A program made the position numbers and the translations under genes. The notes beneath the pieces were generated by a model. That model had not been told where the DNA came from. It saw only the letters and a list, made by a program, of their open reading frames with translations, and did not search any database. DNA of 64,000 nt from Chitinophagaceae bacterium (GTDB lineage Bacteria > Bacteroidota > Bacteroidia > Chitinophagales > Chitinophagaceae): positions 19,090-83,089 of the forward strand of contig JBDHYC010000012.1 of the NCBI GenBank assembly GCA_039811165.1. Direction: 5' to 3'. Below, one piece after another: positions 1-11,734 of the stretch. How positions within the stretch are numbered: the stretch's first letter is position 1; each line of letters begins with the position of its first letter.

Positions 1-1343
1 ACCCGGTTTGTTTTTTGGGAGAAAAATTTCTTTTCAAAATCCCTTGAGATAAACGTTTCTGTTTCCTCTCCTTCATCTGTTGGTATGGCTACGGAATAAC
101 CTTCATCTGAGAGCAACTGGGTTGTAATTTCAGTTCTTGCATCTAAAACTCTCGGGTTAATAAGAAAACCATCTTTTACTCCATCAATTAATGAATAACG
201 GAATGTGGGTTCGCCGCCTTCGCATCCAAAGGTATTATATGTGTCACGCAGCATCCGGCGTTCAATTTCCCTCGGGTCGTTCTCTCTTACATTATTTATA
301 TCAACATTCTTCAAATAATCTTTTGGCGTAGCTGTTAATCCTAATTTATACCCGTGAAAATATTCAAACACCGCTCTTGCATTACCGGAAATAGAACGAT
401 GTGATTCATCAGAAATAAGCAGGTCAAAATCTGTCGGGGTGAAGTCGTAGCGATATTTGTTGTTAAACATCAGTGATTGAATGGTGGTAACCACTATATC
501 AGCTTTACGCCAATCATCTTTATGTTCTTTAAAGATATATGCTGAGTAATCGGGTTTCAGGTTATTCGTAAAAGCTTTCCATGCCTGGTCTTCTAATTCC
601 AATCTATCTACCAGAAACAAAACCCGCCTTGCATTTTTTGTGCGAAGAAATAATCGGATGATAGCAGCAGATGTCAGGGTTTTGCCGGTTCCGGTTGCCA
701 TTTCAAAAAGAAAACGGTCTTTACCTTTTCGAACAGCATCTTGTAAATGTTCAATAGCCTTTAATTGATATTTTCTAAGAAATCTTAATCCGTTTGACCA
801 GATAAAATCTTTACTGTTTTCAACCGTTCCGTTCCAGCCCGGTCTTTCTGCATAATCAGGCATCTGAACAGTAACAATATAATCGTTGGTAACTTTTTCA
901 GCAATTAATGCATTGCGGTCGGGATTCCATTCTTTAATGGCCCCGATTTCTCCCGGTGAAGGAAAGGCATAAATAGGTTTGGGGTTTCCTTTTTTTAAAT
1001 CCCACAGGTAATGAACAATACCGTTGGATAGAATGATAAACTGTGCACCAATTGTATTAGCATATTTTCTTGCCTGCTCTTTTGCAACTAATGGATGCAG
1101 GCTTTCCTTTTTTGCTTCCAGTACACAGAAAGGTTTGTTATTGCTGTCAACCAATAAGAAATCTATGGAACCGCTTTTCGTTTTTTCAAAGTCATTACCC
1201 CAGGCGTCAATTTCTTTTTGAGTAATCTTTACAAAATTTTCGAGAAGGATGTTGGCAGGGCCATTTTCATTGTCAAAGAAGCGCCAGCCTGCTTCTTCCA
1301 GCAGTTTGTTTATTTTAATCCGGGCTTTAGCTTCTTTATTCAT
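1..1343 (-). CDS. hsdR: Type I restriction enzyme R-subunit (HsdR)-like SF2 helicase/nuclease, N-terminal ~447 aa; the rest lies beyond the window start
   Basis: Not in the ORF track because it is edge-truncated. My translation from the ATG at 1343-1341 reads MNKEAKARIKINKLLEEAGWRFF... It contains Walker A FEMATGTGKT (~nt 680-720), DEAH box LISDESHRS (~nt 395-420) and motif III GLTATP. The frame stays open to nt 3. Confidence 0.7.
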   Translation of the reverse strand, partial: MNKEAKARIKINKLLEEAGWRFFDNENGPANILLENFVKITQKEIDAWGNDFEKTKSGSIDFLLVDSNNKPFCVLEAKKESLHPLVAKEQARKYANTIGAQFIILSNGIVHYLWDLKKGNPKPIYAFPSPGEIGAIKEWNPDRNALIAEKVTNDYIVTVQMPDYAERPGWNGTVENSKDFIWSNGLRFLRKYQLKAIEHLQDAVRKGKDRFLFEMATGTGKTLTSAAIIRLFLRTKNARRVLFLVDRLELEDQAWKAFTNNLKPDYSAYIFKEHKDDWRKADIVVTTIQSLMFNNKYRYDFTPTDFDLLISDESHRSISGNARAVFEYFHGYKLGLTATPKDYLKNVDINNVRENDPREIERRMLRDTYNTFGCEGGEPTFRYSLIDGVKDGFLINPRVLDARTEITTQLLSDEGYSVAIPTDEGEETETFISRDFEKKFFSQKTNR

Positions 1344-1477
1344 GATGGCTTAACGGCTAATGTCCGAAGGTAAAAAAAGCTGAGCAGAAATTTCAATCAC
1401 TGAAATGAACTCCGAAATTTCCGGAATAAATTCTTAAGCGATTTATATTAGGAATATTTAAAGCCTGATATCAAGTT

Positions 1478-2755
1478 CTACTGATTTTTATATACCACTC
1501 CCTCTTTCATTACAAAAACAACTTTTCCAAATGCCTGCGGATCTTTTAAGGGATCACCATCAACAGCTACAATATCTGCCCTCTTGCCGGTTTCGATGCT
1601 TCCTGTTTTGTCTTTAATACCAAGTAAATCTGCTGCGCTGATAGTAGCAGCTTTGATGGCATCCATTGCTGTCATTCCTGCTTCAATCATATAAGTGAAT
1701 TCCTTCCAGTTTTTTCCGTGCTGATATACGCCTGCATCTGTTCCAAACGCAATCCTGACACCGGCTTTGTATGCTTTTGCAAATGTGGACTGTATTTTCG
1801 GTCCTATCTCAACAGCTTTTTTGGCAACCAACTCCGGGTAATAATTAGGGATTTTTGCCGAATCAGCTACCGATTTTCCCGCTATGATGGTAGGCACATA
1901 CCAGGCGCCTGTTTTTTTAAATAACTCAATACATTCTTCATCCATTAAAGTCCCGTGTTCTATCGAGATAACCCCGGCTCTCAATGCTCTTTTGATTCCT
2001 TCAGCTCCGTGGGCATGCGCCATTACTTTTAATCCGTAATCTGCAGCAGTGTGAACGATTGCCTTCATTTCTTCTTCAGAAAATTGAGCGCCATTACTAT
2101 TGGTTGAAACATCAAGTACTCCACCGGTAGCCATTATTTTGATTACATCAGAACCTTCTTTGTAGCGTTGCCTCACTGCTTTCCTACATTCATCTATTCC
2201 ATTGGCAACTCCTATTCGTGGTCCGGGATCACCCATCAGGTCTTCACGATATCCATTGGAGGGATCGCCATGTGAACCGGTAGATCCAATCGGGGTACCG
2301 GCTGCAACAATTTGCGGGCCCACAATTATTCCCTGGCTGATTGCTTTTTTTAATGAGGGAATTACAGAGCCACCGGCATCCCTGACCGTTGTAAATCCTG
2401 CCATCAGGGTTCGCCGGGCATACTCAACACTCCGGTATGCATAATCTGATTCATTGAGTTGAAATTCTTCAAGGTAAGCTTTGGGATTTGTCTCAGAAGA
2501 TAAATGAACATGACAGTCTATCCATCCTGGTGTTACTGTTTTTGTTTTTAAATCAATGGTCTTTTCACCTGCAGCTGCTTTTGAAAAGCCGTTTTCTACT
2601 GCTACTATCTTATTTTTCTCTACCACTAACGTCATTTCTTTTTTAGGCTCATTGGAAATACCATCAATCAAAGTGCCGCACCAGATATAGGTTTTTTGGG
2701 CAGTAGCGCTTGCGATAAAGGTCATCAGGAACAGGAAAAGATTCGATTTTTTCAT
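1478..2755 (-). CDS. Secreted metal-dependent amidohydrolase family protein
   Basis: 425-aa ORF with an N-terminal signal peptide. It has the amidohydrolase metal-ligand motif CHVHL and the later HAHG/GTDAG motifs. Confidence 0.8.
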   Translation of the reverse strand: MKKSNLFLFLMTFIASATAQKTYIWCGTLIDGISNEPKKEMTLVVEKNKIVAVENGFSKAAAGEKTIDLKTKTVTPGWIDCHVHLSSETNPKAYLEEFQLNESDYAYRSVEYARRTLMAGFTTVRDAGGSVIPSLKKAISQGIIVGPQIVAAGTPIGSTGSHGDPSNGYREDLMGDPGPRIGVANGIDECRKAVRQRYKEGSDVIKIMATGGVLDVSTNSNGAQFSEEEMKAIVHTAADYGLKVMAHAHGAEGIKRALRAGVISIEHGTLMDEECIELFKKTGAWYVPTIIAGKSVADSAKIPNYYPELVAKKAVEIGPKIQSTFAKAYKAGVRIAFGTDAGVYQHGKNWKEFTYMIEAGMTAMDAIKAATISAADLLGIKDKTGSIETGKRADIVAVDGDPLKDPQAFGKVVFVMKEGVVYKNQ

Positions 2756-3054
2756 ATAGTGTGTTTTGGAGGTTCTAATGTAAAATCTTTTTTCAAAATC
2801 CGGGCTTAGAATTTTTTGATAAAGGAAATTACATTAGTTTTGTACGACCTCTCGGAAAACATTTCAATTCATTTTAGTCGGTAAAATTTCCACTGGTCAA
2901 ATGGCTGGGCGATTTTTCTTTTATTTATTGCTGAATAACGTTACAGGTGTATATGTGAGTGCCCCCGATTTTCACCGGGGCAGGCACATCAAAAGTTGAG
3001 TTGTGTTATGAAACTGGTAAAAAATATTTTTTTGAAATTGTTAATAATAACTGA

Positions 3055-4713
<1,659 letters not shown>

Positions 4714-4926
4714 AAAATAATATTTCATGCAGAGAAGGTCAGGATATGCTGAAAAAGGAATATTTCACGAAAAGAAATATTTAGTTCCTTAAGAAAAAAG
4801 TAGTAAATAAGAAATCGGCATTCCCTATGTCCCTTCAGGATTTTTTTCTTTTAAAGCCTCATCCTTTTGTTTAGTAATTTTCTTTTACCTTGTCTTTTGA
4901 AATAGTACTTCTCTGATTATAAAAAG

Positions 4927-5946
4927 ATGAAATATATTTTTCATTGCATAGATGCTCATACCTGCGGTAATCCTGTTCGGTTAGTAAAAGAAGGCGGCCC
5001 GTTGCTGCAAGGAAAAAACATGAGTGAGAAGCGGCAACATTTTCTAAGAGAATTTGATTGGATAAGAACCGGGTTGATGTTTGAGCCGAGAGGTCATGAT
5101 ATGATGAGCGGAAGCATTCTCTACCCACCGCATGATCCTGCAAATGATATAGCCGTTTTATTTATTGAAACGAGTGGTTGTCTGCCCATGTGTGGTCATG
5201 GAACTATCGGAACTATCACTATTGCGATTGAAGAAGGATTGATTCATCCCAAAATACCGGGCATTGTAAAAATGGAAGCTCCTGCAGGGTTAGTACATAT
5301 TCAATATAAGCACATCCCTAACTCCCCGAAGGAGAGGCTGAAGGTAGAGTCGGTAAAGTTGACGAATGTTCCATCATTTCTTCATTCATCTGAATTGACT
5401 GCTGATTGTCCTGACTTGGGCGAATTGGTTGTAGATGTAGCTTACGGTGGGAATTTTTATGCTATTGTGGATGTTCAGAAAAATTTTAAAGGACTGGAAC
5501 ATTATTCCGCAGATAAATTGATTGCATGGGCAAGAGAGTTGAGGTATAATATCAATAATAAATATGAGTTTGTTCATCCCGGGGACCCGACTATAAATAA
5601 ATGCTCTCACATATTATGGACAGGGTCAGTGATTGATAAAAATTCCACTGCAAGAAATGCTGTTTTTTACGGGGATAAAGCTATAGACCGTTCACCCTGC
5701 GGTACAGGAACTTCAGCAAGAATGGCACAATGGTATGCAAAAGGAAAATTAAAAAAGGGAGATGAGTTTATTCATGAAAGTATTATTGGCAGTAAATTTA
5801 TTGGAAGAATAGAAGAAGAAACTTTTGTGGAAGGAAGACCGGCTATACGTCCTTCCATTGAAGGGTGGGCAAAAATTTATGGATACAATACTATATGGAT
5901 TGATAAAGAAGAGGATCCCTATGCTTATGGATTCCAGGTAATATGA
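4927..5946 (+). CDS. Proline racemase family protein, probable 4-hydroxyproline 2-epimerase
   Basis: 339 aa. Both catalytic Cys motifs of the racemase/epimerase branch are present (LPMCGHGTIG and DRSPCGTGTSA). Confidence 0.8.
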   Translation: MKYIFHCIDAHTCGNPVRLVKEGGPLLQGKNMSEKRQHFLREFDWIRTGLMFEPRGHDMMSGSILYPPHDPANDIAVLFIETSGCLPMCGHGTIGTITIAIEEGLIHPKIPGIVKMEAPAGLVHIQYKHIPNSPKERLKVESVKLTNVPSFLHSSELTADCPDLGELVVDVAYGGNFYAIVDVQKNFKGLEHYSADKLIAWARELRYNINNKYEFVHPGDPTINKCSHILWTGSVIDKNSTARNAVFYGDKAIDRSPCGTGTSARMAQWYAKGKLKKGDEFIHESIIGSKFIGRIEEETFVEGRPAIRPSIEGWAKIYGYNTIWIDKEEDPYAYGFQVI

Positions 5947-5995
5947 TTTTCTTGTTTTGATTTGGTTTGAAAAGAAAACGTTTCAATTTGCTGCT

Positions 5996-8032
5996 ATGAG
6001 AAAAATATTTTTTGCCTGTACGCTTTTTGTATTCGGTATAAATGCAAACAGCCAATCACCATTGGAAAAATTTGAGTTCATCAATTTTTCAAAGGTTAAT
6101 ATCACGGATAATTTCTGGAAACCGAAGATTGATAAAGTGGCAACCGTTACGATGAAAGCCTGTATTTATCAGACGGAAGTAAAAACTCCCCGCATCCGCA
6201 ATTTTGAAAAAGTAGCAAGAAATAAAGGAGAAAAATTCGAAGGTTTGGTATATGATGACAGTGATGTATATAAGGCATTAGAAGCAATGGCTTATTCCTT
6301 AAAAACACATCCGGATTCTGCATTGGAAGCAAAGGCGGATGACTGGATTGATAAAATTGCAGCAGCTCAGCTGCCGGATGGATATCTTGACACTTACTTC
6401 ACTCTGACTGATATAAAAAAACGCTGGGCCAATATTGAAGCCCATGAGGATTATAATGCAGGTCATTTGATAGAAGCTGCTGTGGCTTATTATAATGTAA
6501 CGGGGAAAAGAAAATTGCTGGATGTAGCTATCCGCTTCGCCAATCATATTGATTCCACTTTTCGTTTGGGAAATAAGAAATGGTTCAGCGGGCATGAAGA
6601 AATTGAATTAGCGTTGGTAAAACTGTATAAAGTAACAAATGATAGCCGCTATTTGAAATTAGCTGACTGGTATTTACAACAACGGGGTAAAGGAGGAATA
6701 TATACTTACGGAAAAACATGGTTCACTCCGGCTTATTGGCAGGACATTAAAACGGTAAAGGATCAAACTGAAATTACAGGCCATGCAGTCCGTGCCATGT
6801 ATTTATATACCGGCGCAGCAGATGTGGCAGCTCAAAACGGGGATGCTGGTTATATGCAGGCAATGGAAAAAGTCTGGCAGGATGTTGTGTATCGCAATAT
6901 GTATATCACCGGTGGTATTGGTTCGGCTGGCGACAATGAAGGTTTCAGTAAAGATTATGATCTGCCCAATGAAGAAGCGTATTGCGAAACCTGTGCATCA
7001 GTCGGAATGGTATTATGGAATCAACGGATGTGCCAGTTAACCGGCGACAGCAAATACATTGATGTATTGGAAAGAAGTTTATATAATGGGGCATTAGACG
7101 GATTGAGTTTGAGCGGCGATCATTTCTTTTACGATAATGTATTGGCATCAAACGGGCAGCATCAAAGGAGAGAATGGTTTGGCACTGCTTGTTGCCCTGC
7201 AAACATTGCCCGGCTGGTGACCTCGGTAGGAAATTATATTTATGGAAAAAGCAAAGATGGCATTTGGGTGAATTTATTTGCCGGCAGCAATACAAGTTTA
7301 AATATTCAGGGTAAAGAGGTGTCAGTAAAAATGGAAACCCGTTATCCCTGGGATGGAAAAGTAAAATTGAATATTGATCCACCAGGTAATTCAAAAATCG
7401 GGAACAACCGCTTTAAATTATATATCAGGATACCCGGATGGTCAATTGGCCAAACAAATACAGGTGGATTATACACAATGGCTCATTACGAAGCCGGCAG
7501 GGAAAAAAAGTATTCAGATGGATTGAATACTGTCTTTTTCATAAATGGAAAAGCAGTTGATGCTAAACAGGAGAATGGATATGCAGTCCTTGACAGGGAT
7601 TGGAAGAAAGGTGATGTGGTGGAATTTAATTTTGAAATGGATGCTCAGATTATTCATGCTAATTCAAATGTAAAATCCAATCAGGACCGTATCGCTATAC
7701 AACGGGGCCCCATTGTGTATTGCGTTGAGGGAGCTGATAACAAAGAAGGCGTATGGAATTTAATATTTTCTGATCCTGAGAATACAGGTCTTTCACCGGT
7801 TGAACATGCTATCCTTGACGAGAAAGTCATTGCGTTACAAACTGAAATTTCATCTGCATCACCCGGCCGGCAAGGGGAGAGAATTGAAATCAATAAACGA
7901 AGAGTAATAGCAATCCCATATTATTGCTGGGCCAACCGGGGCGCCAATGATATGCAGGTGTGGTTGCCAACACGAATCAAAGAAGTGAAAATTAATTATT
8001 CATCCAAATATGAAGACGGAGGTAATTACTGA
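5996..8032 (+). CDS. Glycoside hydrolase family 127 (DUF1680; beta-L-arabinofuranosidase HypBA1-like)
   Basis: The track ORF is 5957..8032. The internal ATG at 5996 precedes a signal peptide (MRKIFFACTLFVFG). Cys-rich GH127 motifs are present (EEAYCETCASVGMV, GTACCPANIARL). Confidence 0.8.
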   Translation: MRKIFFACTLFVFGINANSQSPLEKFEFINFSKVNITDNFWKPKIDKVATVTMKACIYQTEVKTPRIRNFEKVARNKGEKFEGLVYDDSDVYKALEAMAYSLKTHPDSALEAKADDWIDKIAAAQLPDGYLDTYFTLTDIKKRWANIEAHEDYNAGHLIEAAVAYYNVTGKRKLLDVAIRFANHIDSTFRLGNKKWFSGHEEIELALVKLYKVTNDSRYLKLADWYLQQRGKGGIYTYGKTWFTPAYWQDIKTVKDQTEITGHAVRAMYLYTGAADVAAQNGDAGYMQAMEKVWQDVVYRNMYITGGIGSAGDNEGFSKDYDLPNEEAYCETCASVGMVLWNQRMCQLTGDSKYIDVLERSLYNGALDGLSLSGDHFFYDNVLASNGQHQRREWFGTACCPANIARLVTSVGNYIYGKSKDGIWVNLFAGSNTSLNIQGKEVSVKMETRYPWDGKVKLNIDPPGNSKIGNNRFKLYIRIPGWSIGQTNTGGLYTMAHYEAGREKKYSDGLNTVFFINGKAVDAKQENGYAVLDRDWKKGDVVEFNFEMDAQIIHANSNVKSNQDRIAIQRGPIVYCVEGADNKEGVWNLIFSDPENTGLSPVEHAILDEKVIALQTEISSASPGRQGERIEINKRRVIAIPYYCWANRGANDMQVWLPTRIKEVKINYSSKYEDGGNY

Positions 8033-8033
8033 T

Positions 8034-9158
8034 ATGAAAAAGATTGTTTACTTCATTTTTTCTGCCTGTGTTATCCAAAGTTGTAATAATGCATCGCAAA
8101 AAGAAAAACCAATAACGGGTAAAGATACAGGCTCCCGGAACTATTATGGAAGCATTGGCGCAGATACGGTTTTTCAATTTAGCCTTGTAAACAATAAGGG
8201 GATGAAGGTTGCTATTCTTAATTACGGTGGAACCGTAACTGATATTCTGGTTCCTGATAAAAAAGGAAAGAATGCGGATGTGGTCCTGGGTTTTGAATCA
8301 CTTGCCGGCTATTTGCAAAAAGCAAATCCCTATTTCGGTTGTTTGGTAGGCAGGTATGCGAATCGTATTGCAAATGCTCAATTTATTCTGGATGGCAAAT
8401 CATTTGTGCTGGATACAAACGATCATGGCAATATGCTTCATGGAGGATTCAGTGGTTTCGATAAAAAAATATGGACAGTAGCCGGTTTTTCTGATTCATC
8501 CCTAAGCCTGGCTTATCATAGTAAAGATAGTGAAGGTGGCTTCCCTGGAAATCTTCAGGCAGAAGTAAGATATACGCTTACAGGTAACAATGAATTGAAA
8601 ATTGAATATACTGCAACAACTGATAAACCAACTCCTGTTAATCTTACCAATCATTGCTATTTCAATTTATCAGGTGCTGATGATTCTACTATATTAGATC
8701 ATGAATTAATGCTGAGGGCAAATCAATTTACACCGGTAAATGATAAATTGATACCAACCGGTAAAATTGCAGATGTAAAAGGTACAGCGATGGATTTTAC
8801 AACTCCTAAAAAGGTGGGAAAAGATATTTCGAAAGTAAAAGGAGGCTATGACTTTAATTGGGTATTGACAAAAAGCGGCACTACGCCGGAGTTAGCAGCC
8901 ACATTATTTCATGCACCGAGTGGACGGTATATGGAGGTTTACACTACAGAACCGGGCATACAGTTTTATTCAGGAAATTTTTTAGATGCAACATTAGCTG
9001 CAACGAAAGGTGCTGTAAAATATGTACAACATGCGGGGCTTTGTTTGGAAGCTCAGCATTTTCCTGATTCACCCAATGAGCCTGCTTTCCCCAATACGAT
9101 TTTAAAACCCGGTGAAACCTATCATCAAACTACGATCTATAAATTTTCAACAAAATGA
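8034..9158 (+). CDS. galM: Aldose 1-epimerase (mutarotase), lipoprotein-type signal
   Basis: The track ORF is 8010..9158; the likely start is the ATG at 8034 (MKKIVYFIFSAC). Family motifs GRYANRI, HGG..GF and HCYFNL are present. Confidence 0.85.
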   Translation: MKKIVYFIFSACVIQSCNNASQKEKPITGKDTGSRNYYGSIGADTVFQFSLVNNKGMKVAILNYGGTVTDILVPDKKGKNADVVLGFESLAGYLQKANPYFGCLVGRYANRIANAQFILDGKSFVLDTNDHGNMLHGGFSGFDKKIWTVAGFSDSSLSLAYHSKDSEGGFPGNLQAEVRYTLTGNNELKIEYTATTDKPTPVNLTNHCYFNLSGADDSTILDHELMLRANQFTPVNDKLIPTGKIADVKGTAMDFTTPKKVGKDISKVKGGYDFNWVLTKSGTTPELAATLFHAPSGRYMEVYTTEPGIQFYSGNFLDATLAATKGAVKYVQHAGLCLEAQHFPDSPNEPAFPNTILKPGETYHQTTIYKFSTK

Positions 9159-10192
9159 AGCGACTCATTTGCCTGGTTGTTCTTTTGCTCTCATTGTATG
9201 TAAATGCACAGCAATGGAGTGCCCGGGAAGCGAATGATTGGTATAAAAAACAAAACTGGCCGGTCGGCTGTAATTTTTTGCCTAGCACTGCTATCAACCA
9301 ACTGGAAATGTGGGAATCGGCTACGTTTGATACTGCAACCATAAACCGGGAATTGGGATGGGCTGAAGCTATCGGCTTTAATACGCTCCGGGTATTCCTT
9401 CATGATCTTGTTTGGGAAAATGATGCTGAAGGCTTTAAAGAACGCATCAATATTTTTTTGCAAATAGCCTCACATCATTCTATAAAACCCATGTTTGTTT
9501 TTTTTGATGATTGCTGGAATCCCGAACCACAATATGGAAAACAACCTGACCCTAAACCCGGCGTACATAATTCAGGCTGGATGAGAAGCCCTTCCCTGCA
9601 TATTCATAACGACAGTACAAGATGGAATGTGTTGGAAAAATATGTAAAGGATATTCTCACTACTTTTAAAAATGATGATCGCATATTGTTGTGGGATCTT
9701 TATAATGAACCGGGCAACAGCGGATACAATGAGACTTCGATGCCCTTATTGAAATCCATTTTTCAATGGGCACAGGCCGTACGCCCTTCTCAACCACTGA
9801 CAGCAGGTATTTGGTATGACAAGAATGTTTTCAATGAATTTCAATTAAATAATTCTGACATCATCAGTTTTCATAATTATGGAAACGCTGATAATCTTGA
9901 AAAAGAAATCGGGAAACTGCAATTGTATGGGAGGCCGGTTATCTGCACAGAATATATGGCAAGAACCAACGGTAGTACATTTCAAAAAAATCTGCCTGTC
10001 CTAAAGAAGTATAATATGGGGGCTATTAACTGGGGTTTTGTCAGTGGTAAAAGTAATACCATCTTTCCCTGGGGAAGTAAAGAGGGAAGCCCGGAACCTA
10101 CAGTTTGGTTTCATGATATTTTCAGAAAAGACGGAACTCCTTTTGATGAAAAGGAGATAGAAGTGATAAAAAGGTTTACAGGAAAGAACTAA
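9155..10192 (+). CDS. Secreted clan GH-A (GH5-like TIM-barrel) glycoside hydrolase
   Basis: 345 aa with a signal peptide. It has the acid/base motif WDLYNEPGN and the nucleophile-type motif ICTEYMAR. Its start overlaps the galM stop (ATGA). Confidence 0.6.
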   Translation: MKRLICLVVLLLSLYVNAQQWSAREANDWYKKQNWPVGCNFLPSTAINQLEMWESATFDTATINRELGWAEAIGFNTLRVFLHDLVWENDAEGFKERINIFLQIASHHSIKPMFVFFDDCWNPEPQYGKQPDPKPGVHNSGWMRSPSLHIHNDSTRWNVLEKYVKDILTTFKNDDRILLWDLYNEPGNSGYNETSMPLLKSIFQWAQAVRPSQPLTAGIWYDKNVFNEFQLNNSDIISFHNYGNADNLEKEIGKLQLYGRPVICTEYMARTNGSTFQKNLPVLKKYNMGAINWGFVSGKSNTIFPWGSKEGSPEPTVWFHDIFRKDGTPFDEKEIEVIKRFTGKN

Positions 10193-10317
10193 AAAATTAA
10201 AAATCGGTATTAAAATCCGAACCTGAAGTTTTTGAAATTTAATTTCATAAAATTCCAGGCTTTGAAGAAGCCAATAGAGCAGAAGCGAATAATTCATAGG
10301 ACGTCAACTTAAAATAT

Positions 10318-11562
10318 ATGAAAGTAACAATCATTGGCGGAGGAGTAATCGGACTTTGCTCCGCTTATTATTTACAAAAGGCAGGATATGAAGTAACGGT
10401 TATTGAAAAGAATGACATAACAGACGGTTGTTCCTTCGGGAACATGGGATATGTTTCTCCTAGTCATTTTATTCCTATTGCCACGCCGGGAATTGTATCG
10501 CAGGGATTACGCTGGATGCTGAATTCCTCTTCGCCTTTTTATATTAAGCCACGATTGAATTGGGATCTTATTCGCTGGGGGATGACATTCTGGAAAAGCG
10601 CCAATGCAAAAATGATTGAGAAGAATACGCCGCATTTGAATGATTTATTACAACTGAGCCGCCACCTGATGAATGATTTAAAAACAGGATTGAAGGATTC
10701 ATTCCCAATGATAGAAAAAGGAATCTGGATGCTGTACAGGTTGGAGAAGACAGGAGATCATGAAAAACATTTAGCGGAACAGGCGCAGGAACTTGGATTG
10801 AAAACTGTAATCTGCAATCCGCAACAGGTACAGGAATATGAACCCGAAGTGGAAGTGAAAGTTGCGGGGGGTGTTTTATATATCGACGATTGCCATATTG
10901 ATACGGCAAGCTTCATGAGAGCCATGAGTAGCCACCTTCAAAATGCAGGAGTGAAATTCTGGTTGAATACTGAAGTAACGGGGTTTGAAAAAAATAATGA
11001 AAGAATAACTTCGGTGATCACTGACAAAAATAAAATGGAATGTGATGAATTGATTATTGCCAATGGATCCTGGCTGGGAAAAATTTCAAAGAAATTAGGT
11101 GTTTATATACCCATGCAACCGGGGAAAGGATACAGTCTTTCTTACAATAATCTTGAAAAGAACCTTCATTATCCATCCATTTTAGTGGATGATCGCACTG
11201 CCACTACTCCTATAGATCGCTGGTTGCGGATTGGCGGCACTATGGAACTGAGTGGACACAATAATTCGATTCTACCTAAAAGAGTGATGGCTATTTACAA
11301 TGCGTTTAAAAAGTATTATCCAAAAATGAATCTCCCATTGGCGGAACCGAAGAAAGCATGGTATGGCTATCGCCCCGTCTCACCAGATGGAATGCCCTAT
11401 ATCGGGAGGCATAATAAATTTTCTAATCTATGCTACGCAGGCGGTCATGCTATGCTGGGAGTATCTGCTGCTGCAGGTACAGGACATTTGATTGAACAGG
11501 TTATTGGCAAAAAACCTACAGCAATTGACATTAGTGCTTTCAATCCGCTTCGGTTTTCATAA
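10318..11562 (+). CDS. FAD-dependent oxidoreductase, DadA-like (candidate D-hydroxyproline/D-amino-acid dehydrogenase)
   Basis: 414 aa with an N-terminal Rossmann motif VTIIGGGVIGLCSAYYL. Overall it is DAO/DadA-like. Confidence 0.75.
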   Translation: MKVTIIGGGVIGLCSAYYLQKAGYEVTVIEKNDITDGCSFGNMGYVSPSHFIPIATPGIVSQGLRWMLNSSSPFYIKPRLNWDLIRWGMTFWKSANAKMIEKNTPHLNDLLQLSRHLMNDLKTGLKDSFPMIEKGIWMLYRLEKTGDHEKHLAEQAQELGLKTVICNPQQVQEYEPEVEVKVAGGVLYIDDCHIDTASFMRAMSSHLQNAGVKFWLNTEVTGFEKNNERITSVITDKNKMECDELIIANGSWLGKISKKLGVYIPMQPGKGYSLSYNNLEKNLHYPSILVDDRTATTPIDRWLRIGGTMELSGHNNSILPKRVMAIYNAFKKYYPKMNLPLAEPKKAWYGYRPVSPDGMPYIGRHNKFSNLCYAGGHAMLGVSAAAGTGHLIEQVIGKKPTAIDISAFNPLRFS

Positions 11563-11585
11563 TATGAAGTTGTTATTCTTATATA

Positions 11586-11662
11586 AACCACAAAGACACA
11601 AAGGCACAAAGAATTCACGAAGTATTTTTTGTGCAACTTAGTGTCTTAGAGGCTTCGTGGTT
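11586..11662. repeat. 77-nt imperfect palindromic intergenic element, copy 1 (AACCAC...GTGGTT)
   Basis: The left arm is built of ~8-nt CAC(A/G)AAG-type units and the right arm is its complement. A second 77-nt copy with the same termini and architecture lies at 37358-37434. Confidence 0.75.
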
Positions 11663-11734
11663 CAAATAAATCTCCTGACACAGTTTCAACGATTTGATTC
11701 AATTTGTGTTAGTACCTTAGACAAAAATTTTAAT

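Noticed and set aside
2940-2990. GC-rich hairpin (GTGCC-CCC…GGGG-CA-GGCAC) upstream of pyrG as a possible attenuator
   Set aside because: No adjacent T-run or alternative structure was visible, and there is no leader ORF. The evidence is insufficient.
5957-5995. Extended N-termini in the ORF track (also at 8010, 11657, 18346, 31653, 37363, 40737, 44165, 46469, 52993, 57347 and 61223)
   Set aside because: Internal ATGs immediately precede signal peptides or conserved N-terminal motifs. Several of the extended starts are non-ATG codons or lie inside repeats, so I used the shorter coordinates.
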